In this document: one piece after another, positions 51,606 through 60,000 of the stretch
Layout of the letters: every line of letters begins with the position of its first letter
Numbering within the stretch: the first letter of the stretch is position 1
Source: Mobula hypostoma
Taxonomy: Eukaryota
Direction: 5' to 3'
Assembly (NCBI RefSeq): GCF_963921235.1
Contig: NC_086097.1
Span: 139,130,001-139,190,000 of the forward strand
Length of the DNA stretch: 60,000 nt
Notes under the pieces: generated by a model
The model's database searches: none
The model's input: only the letters and a program-made list of their open reading frames with translations
What the model was told of the DNA's origin: nothing
Position numbers and translations under genes: made by a program

Positions 51606-53290
51606 CAACCTTATGTTTCTGCGATCTCTGCAAATTTATTCCTCTAAATCACAAGGACTATTGGGTAGTCTATATAAAGCCCCATTAATATGGTCATACC
51701 TATTTTATTCCTTAGTTCCACACATTAAGCCTCACTAGACAGTTCTCCAGTCTGTCCTGAGTACTGTTCGTGACATTTTCCCTGACTAGTAATGCCACCT
51801 CTTCCCCTTTAATCCCTCCCACTCTGTCGCATCTAAAATAACAGAACCCTGGAATATTAAGCTACCAGTCCAGCCTCTCCTGCAACCATTTCATTAATGG
51901 CTATGATATCATAATTCCAAGTTGACCCATGCCTTGAGCTCATCTGCTCTTTTAACAATGCTTCTTGCATTGAAATATACACAGCTCAGAACATTAGTCC
52001 CACCATACACAATCTTTTGATTCCTGACTTTATATGTAAGCTTATCATTCCCCTGCAACTCTAGTTGAACCCCCCCCACCAACCGCCCATGCAGCACTAG
52101 CAAACCTTCCCGCTAAGATATTAGATCCCTCCAGTTCAGGTGCAAACTGTCTCTTCTGTACAGGTCACACCTTCCCTGGAAGAGAGCCCAATGATCCAAA
52201 AATCTATCGTCCTCCCTTCTATAACAACTCCTTAGCAACATGTATGATCTTACTATCTCTGACATCAGAAGCACGTGGCATGGGTAGCAAACCAGAGATC
52301 ACAACTCTGGAGATCCTACCCTTTAACTTAGCGCCTTAACTCCCTGAACATACTCTCAGAAGCTCATCACTCTGCCTACCTATGTCACTAGTACCTACAT
52401 AGACCACAACCTCTGGCTGCTCACCCTCCTATTTAAGAATGCTGAGGACCCGATCTGAGATACCCCAAACCCTAGCACCCGGGAGACAAAATACCTTTGG
52501 GGAATCGTGTTCTTGTCCACAGAACTCTTTTTCTGCTCCCCTAATCAACAAATCCCTTATCACTACAGTTCACCTCTTCTCCCTCCTTCCCTTCTGAGCC
52601 TCAGAACCAGATTCAGTATCCAGAGCATTATACCTGTTGTTGAGAGGGATGGCCGCAGGGGTACTCTGCACTGGCTGTTTAACCCCTTACCCCTTTCCCC
52701 TTCCTGTCACCCAGTCACCTGTGTCCTGCATCTTGGGTGTAACTACATCTCTACATGCCCTATCTATCACTGCCTCTTCCTCCCAAATGATCCGGAGTTT
52801 ATTCAGTTCCACTCCCTAATACAGAGTATCAGCAGCTGTAGCTGGATGCATTTTTCACAGGTGTAGTTGTTAAGGATACTGGCAGACTCTCTGCCTTCCC
52901 ACAGCCCTCAAGAAGAGCATTCAACTTTCCTGCCTGGCATCCCTACTGCTCTAACAGTGCAAATATAAAGAAGGAAAACAATAAATAAACTGAAAGCAAA
53001 ATCTACCTACAGCTTTTATGCCACTCTCACTCAAGCCTCTCCATGCTGAAGTCTCGAAGAGCTAAAGCCTCAAAAATCCCCATTCTAACACTGTCCACTC
53101 CAACAAAGGCCACTCCACTTGCGCCGGCCTAATTTTAATTTGTTCTTGCCAATCAGTCTGATCACTGATTGGCTGATGCTCAAAACACCAAACTACTGTA
53201 AATTGATGCCATACATGCTCAATTGATGAACCTGAGTGACTTACATCATCTCATGCTTTGGATCACTGATTGGTCGCCGCTCAAATCTCT
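51606..53290 (-). mobile_element. Degraded CR1 5' portion (putative 5' UTR, ORF1, start of endonuclease)
   Basis: ORF 51909..52103 CVYFNARSIVKRADELKAW; collinear with 36000-37400. Confidence 0.75.
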
Positions 53291-53627
53291 CAAAAGCATT
53301 TATCCAACTCATCTCAAAATATTGAATCTATTTCTATACTCTTTCAAGGGAGCCCAGTCTAGATCAAATTTCACCTAATTTCACCCCTTTTCTGTCAGAG
53401 AACTTACAATCAGTACTCTCCGGTAAGAAAGCTGGGAAATACTTTTATAATTTTTGAAACAAATAACCGGTTGCATGCAACATATATCAAATGTAACTGT
53501 AACAGGCATTGTTCCAGTAAAAGCAGGCTGCATTTCTCAGGCCTGTGCTCCACTTTTATTTCCAGAACATGTACACCACACTGTGTTCATCTGAGGTACT
53601 GTAATCATAGTATCTAGGCATCTGTAG

Positions 53628-53716
53628 TCCATCACGCTGGAGGAACTCAGCAGGTCGGGCAGCCTCCGTGGAAAAGATCGGTCGATGTTTCGGGCCGGAA
53701 CCCTTCATCAGTTCTG
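53628..53716 (-). ncRNA. Penelope terminal fragment with a minimal hammerhead ribozyme-like motif (degenerate)
   Basis: Minus strand reads CTGATGA-A-GGG-TTCCGG-CCC-GAAA-CATC-GAC (53711 down to 53681). Confidence 0.6.
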
Positions 53717-56200
53717 TAGGGGGAAGGATCTTGCCCTGAACAGTGTACTGTCTCCTTGCATTTGCCCTTTTGAGGCTCAACACCTCACATGTATCTGGGT
53801 TAATCTCCATCTGCCATTTCCCAGCCCGTATTTGCAACTGATCTACGTTGTTCTATATTCTTTGCCAGTCTTCTACACTATCCACAACTCCACTAACCTT
53901 GCAAATTTACTAATCCACCCATCGACATTTTCATCCAGGTCATTTATATAGATCACAGGCAGCAGAGATCCCCGCACAAATCCTTGCAGAACTCCACTTA
54001 TTACAGACCTCCAGCTCGAATAAGTCCCTTCAACCAGTACCCTCTGTCTTCTATGCAATTAACCATGGACCCCATCCACTTTAATCTTCTGGATTAGCCT
54101 TCTATGAGGGACTTTGTCAAACACCATACTGAAATACATGTAAACAATATCCATTGCCCTACCCTCATCAATTTCTCTCAGCATCTTGTCAAAAAACTCA
54201 GTCAAGTTGGTAAGACATGACCTGCCATGCACAATGCCATGCTGGTTCTCTCTAATTAGGCCATGGGTTTCCAAATGCTCATGTATCCTATCCCCATGAA
54301 TTTTCTCTATCAATTTTGCTGCAAACAACACTGGTCTATAGTTCCCAAAATTTTCCCTTGCTCCCTTCTTAAATAGAGGTACAACTTTAGCCACCCGCCA
54401 GTGCTCCTGCACCTCGCTCATGGCTCAAGAGGTCACCAAGATACTGGTCAAGGGTCCAACAATCTCGACATCTACTTCTTTAAATAACCTGGGGCAAATC
54501 CCATCAGGCGCTGTGGACTTATCCACCTTAATACTCATTAGGAGGTCCAACACCTCCTTCTCCTTGACCTCTAAACACCCTAACTATTTACACACTCAGC
54601 ACTGATCTCCTAGTCCTCCATATCCTTTTCCTTGGTAAATACTGAAGCAAACATCAGGTCCAGCATGCCCCTCCTCTCGTTGGACCGTCCACATATTGAT
54701 TTAAGAAACCTTCCTGGATACACTTAACAAATACTTCCCCATCTAAATCCCTTGCACTAAGAAGGTCGCAGTTTATATTAGAGAAGTTGAAATCTCCAAT
54801 GACAACAACCCGATTATTTTTACACATTTCGTTAATCTGATTATCTATCTGTTCCTCAATATCCTGGTGGCTATTAGGTAGTCTGGAGTATAATCCCATC
54901 AGTGTGAATTCACCCTTCACCCTTCCTATTCTCAAATTCCACCCAAATGGACTTGGTCTGGTCTTTCCACTGTCTCCTGTGAGTGCTGCCGAGATATTGT
55001 CCCTGATTAGTAGTACAACTCCTCCCCCCTCCCCCACCTTACCTCCTCCTATATCTTTTCTTAAACTTTGAAAAACTGGTAAATTAATCACCCATTCCTG
55101 CTCATCTCTCAACCATGTTTCAATAATGGTTACAAAACCATAGTCCCATGTACTGATCCATGCTCTAAGTTCATCACCTTTATCCATAACATTCCTAGTA
55201 TTAAAATATACACTCTTCAAACTATCCAACCCATCATACCTGCTATTTTGATTTTGCCTTTCAATACTTTCCCTGACATCTACCTTCTGGTCTAATCCTT
55301 CCCTTACTGACCTGGGGCTCCAGTTTCCAGCCCTCTGCAAAACTAGTTTGAACTCTCCCAAATAGCATCAGCAAACTTCCCTGCCAGGATACTTGTTCCA
55401 GTTCAGGTTCAACCTGTCCCTCTTGTACAGGTCACCCCTTCCCCAGAAAAGGTTCCAATGATCCAAGAACATGAAACCCTACCTGCTGTACCATCTCTTC
55501 AGCCACTCATTCATTGCGGTAATACCCCATTCCTATCTGCACTAAGCTGTGCCATAGGGAGTAATCAGGAGATTACAACCTTGAAGGTCCTTCTCTTCAG
55601 CCCCTTTCCTAATTGTATATACTCACTGTGTAGGACCTCTTCCACTTTTCTGTCATTGGTGCCGATGTGAACCACGACCTCTGCTGTTCCCCTCCTCCTT
55701 TAGAATATCCTACAGCCACTCTGATACATGCTGGACCTTAGCACCTGGGAGGAAACACACCAATCTGGTGTCTCTTTTGCAGCCCAGAATTTCCCTTCAG
55801 TCCATCGAGTACCCTACAACTACCGCTCTGCCTGACTTTACCATTCCCTGTTGAGCCCCAGAGCTGGTCACAGTCTCACTATCCTGGCTGCTGCTGCTGT
55901 GATCTGATCTCCCCCCAGAAGCATCCAAAGAGGTGTACGTACTGGTTACTGACAGGAATGGCCACAGAGGAACCCTGTACTGACTTTTTAATCTCCTTAC
56001 CTCCCCTAAGTGTACAGTCCGAAGCCTGTACTCTGGCTGTGACCACCTTCTCAAAAGTTCCCTCTGTAACATCTTCAGCCTCCCAAATGATTGAGTACAT
56101 CCAACTCCAGCTCAAACTTCTTGACCTGATTAGTCAAGTGCACTTCCCGCAGATGTAGTCATCAGGGAAACAACCAGGGATCCTGAATTCCCACATTAAA
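53717..56200 (-). mobile_element. Degraded CR1 with internal deletions
   Basis: ORF 54654..55361 (YFNTRN, IIETWL, IGDFNF), 54059..54421 (NYRPV, SCLTNL, FDKVPH) and 53873..54058. Confidence 0.85.
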
Positions 56201-56344
56201 CTGGAGGAGCATGGATTTCCTCGGGGTTCTCAGGTCCCTCCCCACAGTCCAAAGACATACAGGATAGGGTCCCGGACTGTGTTGGTCGTTGACTGTGTAC
56301 TTCATTGTATGTTTTGATGTACATGTAATAAATCTGAATCTGGA

Positions 56345-56765
56345 TTGTAATGCATTTGACAAGATCCTACATGGGAGGCTCATCGGCAAGACAGAGATGC
56401 ATAGTGACGTGGCTGTTTGGATTAAAAGATGGAGGGTAGTGGTCGATAGTGCTTAGTTTTGCCAGAAGACCATGACTGGCTGTGTTCTGCAAGGATTATA
56501 CTGGGTGGGACCTCTGTTGTTTATGATAAATATAAATAACTTGGATGAAAACATGGCTGTGTGGAATATTAAGCTTGCAGACAATACAGAGATTGCTGGT
56601 ACTACACACAGTGTAAGGACTGCCAAAGTATACAGCAGGATATAGATGTATTACAGATATTGCCAAAGAAATGGCACATGGCGTATAATCCATCCAAATG
56701 TGAATTCCTACACTTTTGGAACACCAAATATAAAGGGACAGCACACAGTTTAAGGCACAACCCTG
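56345..56765 (+). mobile_element. Old CR1 RT fragment
   Basis: gcatttgacaag, tgttctgcaagg...ctgggt and aagcttgcagacaatac remnants of the FDK, QGS and FADD motifs. Confidence 0.65.
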
Positions 56766-56769
56766 AAGT

Positions 56770-59760
56770 GAATTGACTTTATTTCTTACATCCTTCACAT
56801 ACGTGACGAGTAAAAATCTTTACGTTACATCTCCATCTAAATGTGCAATCATAGCAATAATAGTTTATAATAAATAGAACAGTCAATGTAATATAGAGTA
56901 CACTCAAATTAGCATGAGTTCATCAGTTGATGGCCTGGTGAAGAAGCTGTCCTGGAGCCTGTTGGTCCTGGCTTTTATGCTGCGGTACCGCTTACCAGAT
57001 GGTAGCAGCTGGAATAGATTGTGGTTGGGATGGTTTGGGTCCCCAACAATCCTACAGGCCCTTTTTACACACCTGTCCTTGTAAGTGTCCTGAATCATGG
57101 GAAGTTCACAACTATAGTACTTAAGGAAGTAGCCCAAGAAATAGTGGACGCATTAGTGGTAATTTTCAAAACTCTTTCGATTCTGGATTAGTTGCTGAGG
57201 ATTGGAGGGTGGCTAATGTAACCCCACTTTTTAAAAAAGGAGGGAGAGAGAAACTGGGGAATTATAGACCGGTAAGCCTGACATTGGTGGTGGGGAAAAT
57301 GCTAGAGTCAGTTATCAAAGATGTGATAACAGCATATTTGGAAAGCGGTGAAATCATCGGACAAAGTCAGCATGGATTTGTGAAAGGAAAATCATGTCTG
57401 ACGAATCTCATAGAATTTTTGAGGATGTAACTAGTAGAGTGGATAGGGGAGAACCAGTGGATGTGGTATATTTGAATTTTCAAAAGGCTTTTGACAAGGT
57501 CCCACACAACAGATTAGTGTTCAAACTTAAAGTACATGGTATTGGGAGTATCGTATTGATGTGGATAGAGAATTGGTTGGCAGACAGGAAGCAAAGAGTG
57601 GGAATAAACTGGACCTTTTCAGAATGGCAGGCAGTGACTAGTGGGGTACCGCAAGGCTCAGTGCTGGGACCCCAGCTGTTTACAATATATAGTAATGACT
57701 TAGACGAGGGAATTAAATGCAGCATCTCCAAGTTTGCAGATGACACGAAGCTGGGTGGCAGTGTTAGCTGTGAGGGGGATGCTAAGAGGATGCAGGGTGA
57801 CTTGGATAGGTTAGGTGAGTGGGCAAATTCATGGCAGATGCAATTTAATAAATGTGAGGTTATCCACTTTGGTGGCAAGAACAGGAAAACAGATTATTAT
57901 CTGAATGGTGGCCGATTAGGAAAAGGGGAGGTGCAACGAGACCTGGGTGTCATTGTACACCAGTCATTGAAGGTGGGCATGCAGCTACAGCAGGCGGTGA
58001 AAAAGGCGAATGGTATGCTGGCATTCATAGCAAGAGGATTCGAGTACAAGAGCAGGGAGGTACTACTGCAGTTATACAAAGCCTTGGTGAGACCACACGT
58101 AAAGTATTGTATGCAGTTTTGGTCCCCTAATCTGAGGAAAGACATTTTTGCCATAAAGGGGGTACAAAGAAGGTTCACCAGATTGATTCCTGAGATGGCA
58201 GGACTTTCATATGATGAAAGACTGGATGAACTAGGCTTATATTCGATGGAATTTAGAAGACTGAGGGGGGATCTGATTGAAACGTATAAAATTCTAAAGG
58301 GATTGGACAGGCAAGATGCAGGAAGATTGTTCCCGATGTTGGGGGAAGTCCAGAACGAGGGGTCACAGTTTGAGGATAAAGGAGAAGCCTTTTAGGACCG
58401 AGATGAGAAAAAACTACTTCACACAGAGAGTGGTGAATCTGTGGAATTCTCTGCCACAGGAAACAGTTGAGGCCAGTTCATTGGCTATATTTAAGAGGGA
58501 GTTAGATAAGGCCCTTGTGGCTAAAGGGATCAGGGGGTATGTGGGGGGAAGGCAGGTACAGGGTTCTGAGTTAGATGATCAGCCATGATCGTACTGAATG
58601 GTGGTGCAGGCTCAAAGGGCCAAATGGCCTACTTCTGCACCTACTTTCTATGTTTCTGTTTCTACAGATACGCTGGACTGTCCTCACTACTCTCTGCAGA
58701 GTCCTGCGATTAAAGGAGGTACAGTTCCCATACCAGGCAGTGATGCAGCCAGTCAGGATGCTCTCAATTGTGCCCCTGCAGAAAGTTCTTAGGATTTGGG
58801 CACCCATACCAAACTTCTTCAACTGTCTGAGGTGAAAGAGGCGCTGTTGTGCCTTTTTCACCACACAGCTGGTTTGTACAGGCCACGTGAGGTCCTCAGT
58901 GATATGGATGCCGAGGAACTTAAAGCCGTTCACCTTCTCAACCCCAGACCCATTGATGTCAATAGGGGTTAGCCCATCTCCATTCCTCCTGTAATCCATA
59001 ACCAGCTCCTTTGTTTTTGTGACATTGAGGGAGAGGTTGTTTTTTTGATACCACTGTGTCAGAGAAATGACTTCTTCCCTGTAGGCCACCTCATTATTGT
59101 TTGAGATAAGGCCAATCAATGTAGCAAATTTAATTAGATTAGAGCTGTGGGTGGTGACAGTCATGGGTATACAGAGAGTAAAGGAGGGGACTCAGTACGC
59201 AGCCCTGAGGGGCTCCTGTATTGAGAGTCAGCGGTTGGAGGTGAGGGAGCCCACTCTTACAACCTGCTGGCGATCCAACAGGAAGTCCAGGATCCAGCTG
59301 CACAAGGTAGGGTCAAGGCCGAGGTCTCTGAGCTTCTTGTCGAGCCTGGATGGAACTACGGTGTTGAATGCTGAACTGTAGTCCAAGAACAGCATTCTCA
59401 CATAAGCATCCTCCTTCTCCATATGTGTAAGGATGGCATGTAGAGCAGTGGGTAGTGCGTAATCTGTCGACTGGTTGTGTCAGCAGGTGAATTGTTTGGG
59501 GTCCAGTTTGGGTGGTAGCAAGCTGCAGATGTAATCCTTGACCAGCCTCTCAAAGCATTTGCTTATTATTGAGGTGAGTGTGACAGGGCGCCAGTCGTTC
59601 AGGCAAGTTACCTGGGTCTTTTTTGGTACAGGGACAATGGTGGATAATTTGAAGCAGGAGGGCACTCTACACTGGGAGAGGGAAAAGATTAAAAATGTCT
59701 GTAAACACACCTGCCAGTTGTGCTGCACACATCCTAAGTACTCGCCCTGGGATGGTTGTA
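56770..59760 (-). mobile_element. Rex1/Babar LINE (56770-57115 and 58661-59760) split by a CR1
   Basis: ORFs 59480..59803 ([11 protein letters not shown]), 59228..59422 (LFLDYSSAFNTV), 58571..59164 and 56904..57137 (DPNHPNHNLFQLLPSGKRYRS). Confidence 0.9.
57118..58660 (+). mobile_element. 5'-truncated CR1 with largely intact RT
   Basis: ORFs 57209..57430 and 57394..58395 ([26 protein letters not shown]); ends ttctatgtttct tail. Confidence 0.93.
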
Positions 59761-60000
59761 TAGAGGCTTGTCCGAGTCCATAGCTTCCTGAAAGTGACTG
59801 CACAAGTTGATAGGGTAGGTAAGGAACGTGTGTGGCATGCTTGCCATCATTAGTCCAAGACTCCGGAAGTTATGTTGCAGCTTTATAAAATACTGGTCAA
59901 CCCATCATAGGTAGGATGTCGAGGCTCTGTAGAGATTGTAGAAGAGGTACACCAGGCAGCTTAGATTAGCGGCCATTTGCTACAAGGAGAGATTAAACAA

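Overview
Vertebrate genomic DNA; the TE repertoire (CR1, Rex1/Babar, Penelope, V-SINE, Tc1, Tigger, Charlie/Buster hAT, Gypsy) suggests a cartilaginous fish, probably a ray (inference). The window is almost entirely intronic sequence of NUDCD1 on the minus strand. Two coding exons are visible with canonical AG/GT boundaries: 22733-22887 (155 bp) and 5779-5964 (186 bp). The first exon was not found and probably lies beyond 60000. Most of the remainder is transposable-element sequence, much of it nested, with several target-site duplications readable by eye. The most interesting signal is a minimal hammerhead-ribozyme motif in the Penelope terminal repeats: it is decayed in three copies and its core is cleanly missing from the best-preserved copy. 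I see no convincing novel protein-coding system; nearly all ORFs in the track are TE fragments or their antisense frames. TE boundaries without TIR/TSD support are approximate.
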